From Nostoc sp. (lineage in GTDB: Bacteria > Cyanobacteriota > Cyanobacteriia > Cyanobacteriales > Nostocaceae): 64,000 nucleotides of DNA. Both the position numbers and the translations under genes were made by a program. The notes beneath the pieces are model-generated. The model searched no databases, was not told the origin of the DNA, and was given only the letters and a program-made list of their open reading frames with translations. Below, piece after piece: positions 10,169 through 20,687 of the stretch. Location: assembly GCF_036917355.1 (NCBI RefSeq), contig NZ_JBALDP010000021.1, positions 30,542 to 94,541 on the forward strand. The letters run 5' to 3'. Numbering within the stretch: the stretch's first letter is position 1; every line of letters begins with the position of its first letter.

Positions 10169-10482
10169 CTAAGCTGAAACCTTTGTGGGAAGGGAGGTTT
10201 ACTTTTTTAATTTCATCGATATCTGTGACATGGAAAAAATATTTACCAGAAATCTAGAATTTTTACCGGATAAATAAAACCAAGTTCTTAATTTTGGATA
10301 AAGTCAAGCTTAAATAATCTTTTAAAGATATTAACTGAAAATTTAAAGAATCAGGGTAGCTATATAAAGCTTATGTAAAATAAAAAATAATTTGCTACTT
10401 ATATATCGTTCTTCAATCACTCTGTTCAACGAAAAATCTCAGCCAAATTTGAAAGCAAGAGTGATTGTGGGAATAAATAATG

Positions 10483-11622
10483 CTAACGCTTAGTATTTCT
10501 TTCGTGCGCTGATTGGTAGAGAGCTAAGGCATTTTCACGTAAAATTGCTACAGAAATAGCCTCAGCTTCAGCTACAGTTATGTCAGAATCTGTAATTGCT
10601 TGCTCTAGCACTTCTCCTAAAACCTGACGACCCCACTTTGCACCCAAGTAGTACAATTCTGGAATTGAGTGGGCATCAGAAGAATACATTAATTTAGTAG
10701 TGGGAGCTAATTCTAACATTTGCTTGATTGCTTCCCGCATCCCAGATACGCTTAAAAAGGGTATTGCCAAACCGAAATCTAGATAAACTTGGGGATATAC
10801 AGAAGCTAAATAACCAGCCTGCTGCATATAAGGATATGAAGCGTGTAGCAATACTATCGGTACATGGCGATACTGCGGTAACTCTAGTAAATATCGCAGA
10901 TTTAGAGGATTAGCTAATCGTAAATCCAAGCTAGGATCGCCGTAGCCAGTATGAAATTGCACTGGTAAGCGATATTTTGCTGCTACTAATAATGCCTGTT
11001 GTAACAAAAAATCAATCAGCGGTTTATCTATCAGTCGCAGAGGTTGATTGTGCAGTTGTTGCTTGAGGTTTTCAAAGTTAGCCGCCGCTACCTCGTCAGT
11101 TACCGATTGAATATCCAAACCACTCCGGTAACAGGCAATACTTTTAAAAGCTACTACTCCCAGCGGTGGGGGATCGAGTTCACTGTTGAATCTGGCTAGG
11201 AAAGTAGCAAAATCAGGAGATTGCAGAATTAACTGTTCTGCTAATAGTTCTAATCTCAGAATCCGTCGCACAGGAATAAACCTTTCATGCCACGACAGAG
11301 GTAGGATAGTTTCTGGCTGCAAACCATCATCTAAGTAAATCGCCTCTAAGTTAGCAGCCCGAAAATAAATCTGCGTTAGTTCTTCTAATCCTAGACTTTC
11401 CCGCCGTGCCAAAATTGCTGTTTCTTCAGCTTTGCAGTTCAATAAAGCGGCAATCTCGCGCAAGCTACGCCGATAAAAGAAGGTATGACGGGCATGGTAG
11501 TTAATTATTTCTGGATCGTAGCCTTCAGTAAAGGCAGCTGCATAAGGAGACTGGGCAGCTACTTCTGGTTTTAAGATATTGTGGGCGTGTTGGTCAATTA
11601 AGGGAATATCAGCCAGATTCAT
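10483..11622 (-). CDS. Amidohydrolase-family protein, similar to the FluG/NodGS N-terminal domain
   Basis: IDQHAH metal-binding start, FKSIACYRSGL, QFHTGYGD, LLHASYPY, YSSDAH. Confidence 0.85.
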   Translation of the reverse strand: MNLADIPLIDQHAHNILKPEVAAQSPYAAAFTEGYDPEIINYHARHTFFYRRSLREIAALLNCKAEETAILARRESLGLEELTQIYFRAANLEAIYLDDGLQPETILPLSWHERFIPVRRILRLELLAEQLILQSPDFATFLARFNSELDPPPLGVVAFKSIACYRSGLDIQSVTDEVAAANFENLKQQLHNQPLRLIDKPLIDFLLQQALLVAAKYRLPVQFHTGYGDPSLDLRLANPLNLRYLLELPQYRHVPIVLLHASYPYMQQAGYLASVYPQVYLDFGLAIPFLSVSGMREAIKQMLELAPTTKLMYSSDAHSIPELYYLGAKWGRQVLGEVLEQAITDSDITVAEAEAISVAILRENALALYQSAHERNTKR

Positions 11623-11649
11623 TTTTAGTCGGGAGTAGAGAGTGGGTTG

Positions 11650-12999
11650 CTAGTATTTTTCTAATAATGCTTTCACTTCTGCCGTTAATTCCCAATCTTT
11701 CATTGCTTGCCACTCTGCTTGACGCACTGCTAAGAATGCTTTGGCTAACTGGGGATTTAAAGCTGTTAATAGGATATCGTCTTGCTGGAGGTGAGCGATC
11801 GCTTGCCCCAAATTATTTGGCAATGGGTCTATTTCATTAGCGCTGCGTTCTTCAATTGATAAATATCCGGGGTCTTGATTGACTGGGTTTGGTGGTGTGA
11901 GACTGTGCTGCACACCATCAAGTCCGGCTGCGATCGCTGCTCCTAAAGCTAAGTAAGGATTAGCTGAGGCATCTACAGTTTTCAATTCAAAGTGGCTGGG
12001 ACAGCCCAAAGCAGGGTTACTAGGGACTCTAACGGCTGCCTCCCGATTATCTAATCCCCAACAACGGAAAGCACCACTCCAACTATGAGGAAGAATACGA
12101 CGATAAGAATTAGTACTTGGGGTAGTTAGTGCCATCAGTGCTGGTAGATGGTGTAGGATACCAGCGATAAATTGTAATGCCACCTCAGAAAGACCATAGA
12201 TACTCTGAGGATCGGGTAATAAATTTTTCTCCCTATGCCAAAGGCTTAGATGGATATGACAACCACTACCCGCTGCATCCGGGAAAATTTTGGGTAAAAA
12301 TGAAGCGATGAGGTTGTGGCGTTTTGCGATCGCTCTGACAGTTTCTCGAAAAGCAATTTGCCAGTCAGCTGCTTGTAAAGCATCCGTATAGCGCATGGTA
12401 ATTTCCTGCTGACCTGGGCCTGATTCAGGATAATATTGTTCAACAGGTATACCTTGGGCAATAAGTGCATCAGCGATTTCATCAATTACTTCGCGGTGGA
12501 GATCCATTGCCTGAGTTGAAGCAAAAACTGTGGAGTCCGCCGGAATGATGCCATCAGGTGTTTGCCGTAGTAAATAAAACTCATTTTCAAAGGCTGCTCG
12601 TACTTCCCAACCGATTGATTTAGCTGCCGCAATCATCCGCTTCAAGAAGTTTCGCGGGCATAATCCCCAAGCAGCACGATCTAGTATCATATTGCCCATA
12701 ACACGAGCATGACCAGGACTATAAGGTAAAGGCTTGAGGCTAGACCAATCTGGGACTAAGCAAATTTCACCTACTGGCCCTAAATTTGTTTCTGGCACAA
12801 CTGCATCATACATAACGGGAACTCCCTGCTGCCCTACAGAAATCCCTACTCCATGTTCAAAGTAGTGAGCTAACATTCCCAGATGCACAGCTTTGCCACG
12901 GATAATATTAGCATTATCGCACCAAAGAACTCGCACAAATTTAACATCAGCTCCTTCAAGATATTTTCGTATTTTTTTAAAGTTATTTTTTTCAGCCAT
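11650..12999 (-). CDS. Glutamine synthetase-like (GSI-like, gamma-glutamyl ligase) protein, similar to the FluG/NodGS C-terminal domain
   Basis: FENEFY, YPESGPGQQE, PKIFPDAAGSGCHIHLS, DNREAAVR, FELKTVDASANPYL. Confidence 0.85.
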   Translation of the reverse strand: MAEKNNFKKIRKYLEGADVKFVRVLWCDNANIIRGKAVHLGMLAHYFEHGVGISVGQQGVPVMYDAVVPETNLGPVGEICLVPDWSSLKPLPYSPGHARVMGNMILDRAAWGLCPRNFLKRMIAAAKSIGWEVRAAFENEFYLLRQTPDGIIPADSTVFASTQAMDLHREVIDEIADALIAQGIPVEQYYPESGPGQQEITMRYTDALQAADWQIAFRETVRAIAKRHNLIASFLPKIFPDAAGSGCHIHLSLWHREKNLLPDPQSIYGLSEVALQFIAGILHHLPALMALTTPSTNSYRRILPHSWSGAFRCWGLDNREAAVRVPSNPALGCPSHFELKTVDASANPYLALGAAIAAGLDGVQHSLTPPNPVNQDPGYLSIEERSANEIDPLPNNLGQAIAHLQQDDILLTALNPQLAKAFLAVRQAEWQAMKDWELTAEVKALLEKY

Positions 13000-13171
13000 T
13001 GCTAGTTATTTTTATTTTTACTCTGTTATTTTCTCATGAAATTTATAGCAGAGTGATATCAGATGCCGTGTCCATACATAGACGGTATCTTAGCCACTTC
13101 AAAATAGTTATATTTTTTTACGGATTTCATAAACAATGATTGTATATAAATAATTAAAACCTGAAAATTAT

Positions 13172-15604
13172 ATGATAAATAAATTACTGACGCAGTTAAA
13201 AAAACTACGTCAATATCTCAATCAGCACATCAAAAAATTATCTAATACTAGATATTTACAAAGAAATAAAACTTTCAAATTTTTACTCAGTCTGACTATT
13301 GGAGTTATTGTTACTACCCTTGGAATTACCACAGACTGGGCGACAACTGGAACACGCACGCTTACACATAATACTATTGGCAGTGAAAATCTGCGGGTAC
13401 AAGATAATACTAAAATACCTACGTTTACACACAAAACATCGTCAATAAATAATACTATTGGCAGCGAAAATATGTGGGTACAAAACAATACTGAAATACC
13501 CACACTTACACACAAAATATCGTCAATAAATAATAGTGAAAGTCTGCGGGTACAAAACAATACTGAAACACCCGCGCTTAACTACAAAACATCGTGGATA
13601 GGTAATACTATTGGCAGTGGAAATCTGCGGATACAAAACAATATTGAGGCCATGTATGTTGCTCCTGATGGCACAGTTTATACTAACAGCCATTGGGATG
13701 AGGCTGCAATGGAGGCAGGAATATATAAAGATGGTAAAGTTATTGCTGCTCTTGGGGATACTCACGGCTGGAGTCGTGGCGGTGGCAAAGCTGTAACCGC
13801 AAATAGTAAATATGTTTACATTGCCATGACTCAAGGTTCCAGGGGCGATACAAAAGAAGATTATCCACCAGAAGGAACAACTTGGTATAGCGTTAGACGC
13901 TATGACTTATCAGGAAAACCTGCGCCGTTTCCGAATGGGCGTGGTTGGGATAAAAGTATGTTGATTACCAGTACTAAAAGTGAAGTCACTGGATTAGCAA
14001 CTGTGGGAAGCGAGTTGTATGTGAGTGATTCTGCTGCTAACCAGATTCGTGTTTATGATACTGATACGATGAAGGAACTTCGCAGCTTTACCGTTGCTAA
14101 TCCGGGAGCAATAACTATCGATCCACAAAAAAATCTGTGGATTATCCAAAATAAAAATGGTAGTAAGCCTGCCAAGATTCTCCATTATTCCCAAAGTGGA
14201 AAGCAATTGCCCCAACAGATTGCAGATATTGTCGAACCGACTGCGATCGCTATTGATCGTAAAGGTAAGCTGTTAATAGCAGAAAATGGCCCGCGTCAGC
14301 AAATGTTGACTTATGAGATCAAAGATCGACCAGTGCAGGTGAGTAGTTTTGGTTCTAAAGGCGGTATCTATGCAGGAGTTCCTGGTGAAGTTCGAGATTT
14401 GAAACTTTACGGACTTACCGGAGTCGGTACAGATGCTTCCGGCAATATCTATATAAATAGTAATGGTTTCAACAAATCAGGAACAGATTTGCGGAAATTT
14501 TCGCCATCGGGAAAACTAATGTGGCGATCGCTGGGATTGATATTCGTCGATAATGCAGATGCCGATCCTAAAACTGATGGTGTAGATTTGTTCACCAAAC
14601 AAGAACACTATTTGATGGATTACAGTAAGGCTGCCGGTAAGCAATGGAATTACAAAGCCTACACCTTAAATCCTTTCAAATATCCTCAAGATCCACGTCT
14701 GCATACATCGCCAGATGGAACCTTTGTTCGCCGTATCCAAGGGAAGCGGTTTTTGTTCCTCACAGATATGTATAACAGCTTTCTGCAAATCTATCGTTTT
14801 AATCCCGCCACTGATGGTAAAGTTGCCATCCCCGCCGGCATGTTTGTCGGTACTAATGGCGCAGATAAACCATTTATTACCGGAAATTGGCCACCACATC
14901 AACCAGAACAAGGGGAATGGATCTGGCGCGATCGCAACGGTAATGGCAAATTTGAAAAAAACGAATACGATCGCAGCAAAGATTATCCTCATCTAGGCGG
15001 TTGGTGGGTAGACAGTAAAGGAGATGTTTGGAAAGCTTTGCGAACAGAAAATGGTATTCGACACTATCCTCTACAGGGAATAGATCCTAAAGGCAACCCC
15101 ATCTACAGCTATAGTTCGATGGAAAAGCAAACTACTCCCAAAATATTTAACGACTTGCGGCGGATCGAATATTTCCCAGAAACAGATAGTATGTATTTGT
15201 CAGGCTTTACGGTAGATCGCCCTGCATTTGGTGACGATGCTGGAGTTTCTGGATCTGAGATTGCCCGTTTTGACAATTGGAGTAAAGGAAATCGTACTCC
15301 CAAATGGCGGATTGTAATACCCTATGACAGCACCGGGAAGCGTGAAGTGTCTACAGCAGCAATCAGTGTGGCGGGAGACTATGTATTTGCCGTGACAGTC
15401 AAAACCGCAGAGGTATATGTCTACAATGCCAAGACGGGAGCGCAAGTACAACAGTTAAAACCAGGCCCAGAAGTTGGCAGCGAAAGTGGCTGGATTGATA
15501 TACCCTACGGTATTCGCGCTTTTCGGCGTTCCAATGGTGAGCATCTGGTATTTGTAGAAGAAAATTGGAAAGGAAAAGTGATTATGTATCGGCTGGCGGG
15601 GTGA
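13172..15604 (+). CDS. Large exported or membrane-anchored beta-propeller (NHL/SMP-30-like) protein with N-terminal tandem repeats
   Basis: Hydrophobic segment near aa 36-52. Repeated blade motifs (NPGAITIDPQKNLWI, EPTAIAIDRKGKLLIAE, GLTGVGTDASGNIYI). Confidence 0.7.
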   Translation: MINKLLTQLKKLRQYLNQHIKKLSNTRYLQRNKTFKFLLSLTIGVIVTTLGITTDWATTGTRTLTHNTIGSENLRVQDNTKIPTFTHKTSSINNTIGSENMWVQNNTEIPTLTHKISSINNSESLRVQNNTETPALNYKTSWIGNTIGSGNLRIQNNIEAMYVAPDGTVYTNSHWDEAAMEAGIYKDGKVIAALGDTHGWSRGGGKAVTANSKYVYIAMTQGSRGDTKEDYPPEGTTWYSVRRYDLSGKPAPFPNGRGWDKSMLITSTKSEVTGLATVGSELYVSDSAANQIRVYDTDTMKELRSFTVANPGAITIDPQKNLWIIQNKNGSKPAKILHYSQSGKQLPQQIADIVEPTAIAIDRKGKLLIAENGPRQQMLTYEIKDRPVQVSSFGSKGGIYAGVPGEVRDLKLYGLTGVGTDASGNIYINSNGFNKSGTDLRKFSPSGKLMWRSLGLIFVDNADADPKTDGVDLFTKQEHYLMDYSKAAGKQWNYKAYTLNPFKYPQDPRLHTSPDGTFVRRIQGKRFLFLTDMYNSFLQIYRFNPATDGKVAIPAGMFVGTNGADKPFITGNWPPHQPEQGEWIWRDRNGNGKFEKNEYDRSKDYPHLGGWWVDSKGDVWKALRTENGIRHYPLQGIDPKGNPIYSYSSMEKQTTPKIFNDLRRIEYFPETDSMYLSGFTVDRPAFGDDAGVSGSEIARFDNWSKGNRTPKWRIVIPYDSTGKREVSTAAISVAGDYVFAVTVKTAEVYVYNAKTGAQVQQLKPGPEVGSESGWIDIPYGIRAFRRSNGEHLVFVEENWKGKVIMYRLAG
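13370..13650 (+). repeat. In-frame 81-bp (27-aa) tandem repeat, 3 units plus a fourth partial unit
   Basis: Units start at 13370, 13451, 13532 (9-nt deletion) and 13604; consensus NTIGSENLRVQNNTEIPTLTHKTSSIN. Confidence 0.85.
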
Positions 15605-15678
15605 GTATTTACGGTAATTACGACGTAACACAGCTTTCAATACTGTTAGGTTAAGAATTTTAAACTGGAATTTGGTTT

Positions 15679-15743
15679 GGGGAAAAGGGAAAGGGGGAAG
15701 GGGTAAAGCTATGGAATTTTCCCTTCCCCTTTAACCTTTCCCC
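15679..15743. repeat. Purine/pyrimidine inverted repeat between convergent genes
   Basis: GGGGAAAAGGGAAAGGGGGAAGGGG...CCCTTCCCCTTTAACCTTTCCCC; same family as 62684-62752. Confidence 0.55.
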
Positions 15744-15819
15744 AGTCTAGTATTGCTATATGTACAAAAATATGTGATTAAATGTATCGCAGATTTAGTG
15801 TCAATTATTTTGTCATTTC

Positions 15820-16104
15820 CTAGTTAGCCTTTACCCGCGCTTGCTTCACCATTGCAATCAGAGTTTGATGAGCATCTTCCGCATCTACTAAAACACGATC
15901 GAATTGAATGCGAACTGGTACAGTTTCCCCATTGACTTGCGCTGTTAAATCCATACCCTGTGCATCAATTGACAGCATTTCGGCTGCGATCGCATCTGTG
16001 ACACCACCAAAAGCTTTAGCATAAATAACTACAGCATCAGCATGATCGTCATTCATGTGTTTGCAGATGCGCGAACTAATTTCAGCAGAGAAACCATTAG
16101 ACAT
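15820..16104 (-). CDS. DUF2470-domain protein (heme-utilisation/GluTR-binding-like)
   Basis: RICKHMNDDHADA, MLSIDAQGMDL, RIQFD. Confidence 0.85.
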   Translation of the reverse strand: MSNGFSAEISSRICKHMNDDHADAVVIYAKAFGGVTDAIAAEMLSIDAQGMDLTAQVNGETVPVRIQFDRVLVDAEDAHQTLIAMVKQARVKAN

Positions 16105-16376
16105 TGTGAAAAGTTGAAACTTATGAATATGGCAAGAGCCTAAATTTTCGTCTAAGTAATTTAAATTAGCAGAAAAACCTAGTCTTACGCCATCGATATT
16201 ATAAGTTATATCTGAAAAACAATTGTCGTTGTATATATTTGATAAGTTAAGTTTATTACTCGTACAAAAATAAAATTAAAATAAGCATTATCCAGTATTT
16301 TTACCTTTCATTGCGGAAACCAGACAGCGTAAACTGTAGCAGAAGTATTAGCCAAAACTATTGCAGCTAAGAGACA

Positions 16377-17132
16377 ATGAGCGAAACTAGCCCCAGACGA
16401 ATTGTAATTGGGGATGTGCATGGACACTATGAAGGTTTAATGACACTGTTGGAGGCGATCGCCCCCACGTCAGAAGATCGAGTCTATTTTCTGGGAGACT
16501 TAATCGATCGCGGACCTCATAGTGCGCAAGTAGTTAATTTTGTCAAGCAAAATAACTACTCATGTTTGTTGGGAAATCACGAGCAGATGTTACTAAACAT
16601 TCTGACGAATGAAAGGACTTCCTCTTCGACGATGCAAGCATGGCTGTTTGGTGGAGGGCAAGCTACCGTGGCCAGTTACCAAGAGGCTCCAATTCCTGAT
16701 GACCATCTGGATTGGTTAAAAGCTTTGCCTACATACCTTGACTTAGGGGATATTTGGTTAACTCATGCTGGTGTTGACCCTTCCAAGTCGGTGACAGAAC
16801 AAACTGCCGATGAACTGTGCTGGATACGAGAGGAATTTCACAGCATTGAAAAACCCTACTTTCCAGATAAACAAATTATCATCGGTCACACCATTACCTT
16901 TACCCTGCCGGGTGTTTCTCCTGGTAAACTGGCCCAAGGAAAGGGATGGCTAGACATAGATACTGGCGCTTATCATCCCCGGAGTGGCTGGTTGACTGGA
17001 CTAGATGTCACAAATCAGTTGGTTTATCAAGTTAATATCTTTAAAAACTATATCCGTATCCTGCCTTTAGAAGAGGTTGTAAGTACAGTTGATCCAGCCA
17101 AAATTAAAGTCGATCGCCGCAATAGGAATTGA
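16377..17132 (+). CDS. Ser/Thr protein phosphatase, PPP/metallophosphoesterase family
   Basis: GDVHG, GDLIDRG, GNHE, HAG, GHT, IDTGA motifs. Confidence 0.9.
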   Translation: MSETSPRRIVIGDVHGHYEGLMTLLEAIAPTSEDRVYFLGDLIDRGPHSAQVVNFVKQNNYSCLLGNHEQMLLNILTNERTSSSTMQAWLFGGGQATVASYQEAPIPDDHLDWLKALPTYLDLGDIWLTHAGVDPSKSVTEQTADELCWIREEFHSIEKPYFPDKQIIIGHTITFTLPGVSPGKLAQGKGWLDIDTGAYHPRSGWLTGLDVTNQLVYQVNIFKNYIRILPLEEVVSTVDPAKIKVDRRNRN

Positions 17133-17159
17133 GGAATATTTGAAATGAGGGGGAGAAAT

Positions 17160-17243
17160 CAATTCAAAATTCAAAATTCAAAATTCAAGAATTTCTGCCC
17201 CCTGCCTGGTTGTTGAGCCTAGTCGAAACACTGCCCCCTGCCT
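17160..17243. repeat. STRR (CAAAATT)n plus an SDR-like element between 13-bp direct repeats
   Basis: CAAAATT tandem at about 17160-17188. CTGCCCCCTGCCT (17195-17207 and 17231-17243) flanks GGTTGTTGAGCCTAGTCGAAACA. Confidence 0.65.
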
Positions 17244-17260
17244 CCTCTTTCCCAATTTCC

Positions 17261-18124
17261 TCAAGACTTCGCTAATGGTCGAATATTTGCTTTATAACTA
17301 GCATTATCCAAGCCAGATTTTCCATTACTAGGTTGAGAGTTAATTGCACGTCTGAGGGCATCAATGCGATCGCTGGTTCCGGGGTGTGTACTCAAAAATG
17401 TTGGACTAGAACCACCCTTTTTCAGCAGCTTTTGCATAAAAGAGACCATTGCTGACTGGGCATAACCAGTGCGTGTCAAAGTTCGTAGTCCTCTTTGATC
17501 GGCCTCAAATTCATTTTTACGACTGCGTGGTAAGTCTCGCGCTAACTGTACACCAATTTGCACTGCGGAATTTCGATCTAAGCCAGCCGCCGTTAATAGA
17601 CCACTTTCGAGGGCTTTTTGCTGCATCTGCTTGACTACGTGTTTGCCGCCAATGTGACCAATTTCATGGGCGAGTACACTTGCCAGTTCCGCTTCATTAT
17701 CTGCGGTTTTCAGCAAACCCGTGTGGACATATACATAGCCGCCCAAGGTCGCAAAGGCGTTAATAGCGTCATCCTCAACTATCTGGAAAGTATAGGGGAG
17801 ATCGGGGCGATCGCTATTCGCTGCTAAACGCCGACCAACTTGTTCTACATAACGATTCACTTCGGGATTGCGGTAAAGTCGGACTTGACTGCTGACCAAT
17901 TCCTGATTAATCTGCTTACCAAGATCAACTTCTTGATTAGGAGATATATTAGAAAGCTGAAATGCCTGAACTCCTTGGAGTAGAAGAGGTAAGAAATCTA
18001 AAGTTCTTCCAGGCAAGGGTGTACTCAGGCACAGACTCAGGGCGACTACCACTGAAATTAGGGGATAAAACCAGCGACGCCGCCATACACGGTAATTTGC
18101 AGCAAAACCTTTCCAATTGAACAT
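17261..18124 (-). CDS. M48-family metallopeptidase (BepA/YfgC-like)
   Basis: INAFATLGG, LAHEIGH (HEXXH), EFEADQRG, FLSTHP. Confidence 0.9.
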   Translation of the reverse strand: MFNWKGFAANYRVWRRRWFYPLISVVVALSLCLSTPLPGRTLDFLPLLLQGVQAFQLSNISPNQEVDLGKQINQELVSSQVRLYRNPEVNRYVEQVGRRLAANSDRPDLPYTFQIVEDDAINAFATLGGYVYVHTGLLKTADNEAELASVLAHEIGHIGGKHVVKQMQQKALESGLLTAAGLDRNSAVQIGVQLARDLPRSRKNEFEADQRGLRTLTRTGYAQSAMVSFMQKLLKKGGSSPTFLSTHPGTSDRIDALRRAINSQPSNGKSGLDNASYKANIRPLAKS

Positions 18125-18517
18125 AATACGCTCTGAAGATTATTTCGGGAGAACACAAAATGAGGGGACAAATCATGAGACGGATTTAGAGGATTCTAAG
18201 TTGCATTCTTAACTCAAGACCAAAGGAGTTGTCATACAGATAATCTTGATGCAAATCTACCGAATTGCGTAAGGCTAGGGATTCTCTCTAGAGATAGGCT
18301 TAAAAACTAGATTTTACTTTCTAAGTGCGTCAGTATTAACTGGTAAAAGTTTCAGGGTTAGCTGCCGTACCTCGGAAATTACGAACTCGTGATAAACTGT
18401 CGCATAACTGCAACCCTTGAATACTTTGAGTTATTACCAAATAGGGAAAATTACTGTTTCCATCGAAAACTTTCTGGCTACAATCCATTACTTCGCTATT
18501 ACCTCGGAAAACTTTTT

Positions 18518-19051
18518 ATGGCTATTTTAGATTCAAAAGGTCGCTTGTTTGGCAAAATAAATCTCCTAGATTTAGGTGCTTTACTAGTAATTTTGCTAGT
18601 TATCTTTGGCATCTTTGTTTTTCCTGGCACTTCTGGTTCTGTTGCCCAAGTTGGGGCGAAAACAGTACCCATAGAAGTAGACTTAGTAGTTCGTGGTTTG
18701 AATGTACGCGACCCGGAAAAATTAATCGACAATGGTTTAAAAAAAGGTGGGAAAACCAACGTAATTATCCGCAATCAACCCTACGGACAGATTGAAATTA
18801 AATCTATTCAACAGCTACCAAGAACAGTCAATGTTTTCCAACCTGATGGCACTGTTAAAGAACTACCAGATCCCAAGAGCAACAATTACAGTACAGATTT
18901 TCTTTTAACTTTAGATGGCAAAGCCCAAGTTACTGAAAGCGGGCCAGTTTTAGGTAACAGTAAAGTTAAAATTGGGATGCCATTTGAGTTAGAAGGCTTT
19001 AACTACAACTTCAATGCAACTGTCATTGATATAAGATTGAAAGACAAATAG
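18518..19051 (+). CDS. DUF4330-family membrane-anchored protein
   Basis: MAILDSKGRLFGKINLLD family N-terminus, then one TM helix. ATG 18518 preferred over 18389. Confidence 0.8.
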   Translation: MAILDSKGRLFGKINLLDLGALLVILLVIFGIFVFPGTSGSVAQVGAKTVPIEVDLVVRGLNVRDPEKLIDNGLKKGGKTNVIIRNQPYGQIEIKSIQQLPRTVNVFQPDGTVKELPDPKSNNYSTDFLLTLDGKAQVTESGPVLGNSKVKIGMPFELEGFNYNFNATVIDIRLKDK

Positions 19052-19113
19052 TATTATCACTTTTGTTGATAATTTTCTCTAGCAATCTTATTAAACATCT
19101 GGTGAAACAGAAT

Positions 19114-19167
19114 GTAGAGACGCGTTAGCACAGCGGGGCGTTCGCGGAGTCGAATTTCGCGTCTCTA
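19114..19167. repeat. GTAGAGACGCG...CGCGTCTCTA palindromic element interrupted by an SDR-like insert
   Basis: Arms 19114-19124 and 19158-19167. The insert TTAGCACAGCGGGGCGTT resembles the reverse complement of 23365-23388. Confidence 0.6.
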
Positions 19168-19176
19168 TGACTCATG

Positions 19177-20073
19177 TTAATTAAGCAAAGGCAAAAACTT
19201 GCGAATTAAACCGATTGTCACTGCTGGCAATTCCAACTGTGGTGTCAATCCGACATCTTCCAACTGTTGAAAAAATCGGATCGCTAAGGGATTGATTTCA
19301 GCAAGGCGGCGACCAATTGAGGGGCCTGTAAATTGCGACTTTTGTCCCCAAATAATGGCAGTGGGAGTGGCTAATTGTTGAATGTAAAGGGATAAATCAA
19401 AGCACAAATCACCACGTACAAAGGACAGTGCTGCATACTCAGCATTAGGCTGTTGGGCAGATTCTAGATAAGCATCTACAATCTCTTGGTAGACTCGATT
19501 GGATTGAGCAAATTGCCGTTGTTCTAAGAAGCTGCGAATACCACCACTAGTAGCAATTCCAGTGCTGTAAAGTAAACGATCGACAATGGGAACGCTAACT
19601 AACTGGGCAAAAAAACTCCGGGAGTAGTCTTCGCCAAAGTCAGAAAGTCCGGCGGGGGTGGTAAGAATTAAAGACTGGAATAAATCAGGACGATTTGCTG
19701 CTACGCGAATTGTAAATGCTGCGGTCAAAGAAGAAGCGATTGCTGTTACTGGCCCAGTACAAGTTTGCTCGAAAAACTCCCGAATCGCGATCAAATAATC
19801 CTCAACTTTATAACTCCGTGCTGGATGTTCAGACCTACCCCAACCGAGCAAATCTGGCGCAATGACCCGATATTCAGCCGCAAAAGCCGGATAAACTTTC
19901 GACCACTCATAAGCAGAAGACCCACCACCAAAGCCGTGGAGGAATACCAAAGTTTCCCGATCGTCTTTGGCTGTCACATCATCCTCCCAAGGCGCTCCAG
20001 CAGCAGTGTAATATACCATTCTACCTAGTGAGGTATCTATAGAGCGTTGTTCAAATCCTAGTGGTTGAAACAT
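19177..20073 (-). CDS. Alpha/beta-fold hydrolase; probable start MFQPLGFE
   Basis: FLHGFGGGSS, APDLLGWGRS, AIASSLTA nucleophile elbow, IIWGQ. Confidence 0.85.
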   Translation of the reverse strand: MFQPLGFEQRSIDTSLGRMVYYTAAGAPWEDDVTAKDDRETLVFLHGFGGGSSAYEWSKVYPAFAAEYRVIAPDLLGWGRSEHPARSYKVEDYLIAIREFFEQTCTGPVTAIASSLTAAFTIRVAANRPDLFQSLILTTPAGLSDFGEDYSRSFFAQLVSVPIVDRLLYSTGIATSGGIRSFLEQRQFAQSNRVYQEIVDAYLESAQQPNAEYAALSFVRGDLCFDLSLYIQQLATPTAIIWGQKSQFTGPSIGRRLAEINPLAIRFFQQLEDVGLTPQLELPAVTIGLIRKFLPLLN

Positions 20074-20687
20074 AAGTCTTTTTTTGTTGACTGTAGTGAT
20101 TCGTTGGCACAAGTAAGACACGATACCTGGGAGGCAGGCACACAAAGAGAAGATTCGATAATTTTTCCGCCTCCCCTTTCGTCACCCTAGATGTTTACCG
20201 CACTCAGTGGTGAGTAAATTAATAAGCACTTAATACTTGCGTATTTAGTAAGAGCAACGTTCCTTGTAGGCAGTCTTTTAACTCAGCACTCTTCATGTAT
20301 CTAGTTCAAACTCCCCACTCATTGTTATTATCAGCGAACCAATCACTCTCAGACTTCTCGCTAGCGTCAGATTAAGTAGATATAAAATTACTGGATTACT
20401 TGTAAAGATTTGGTGCTTTTTTTCATAAAAATAAAGTAACTGAACGTTGAAATTACTGCTCTATAAGGGTTTTTCATGGTAACGAGGCTCGCTCCAGCGT
20501 GAATCCAGCATAAGTTTTTATGGTAGTCTATCAAAAAACCGATAAATAATTTTGAGCGTCAACACGTCAAAAATAGTTAAAACGCTTATTTTAATAAGCT
20601 GTTAATTCTACTTATATATGTAGAAAACGCAGCTTTTGATGTATAACTAATCTGATTTTTATCTAAGTAATAGTAAGGCGGGATGTC

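Noticed and set aside
12999-13172. NtcA box upstream of the GS-like gene
   Set aside because: I found no convincing GTA-N8-TAC, so there is no evidence for nitrogen control.
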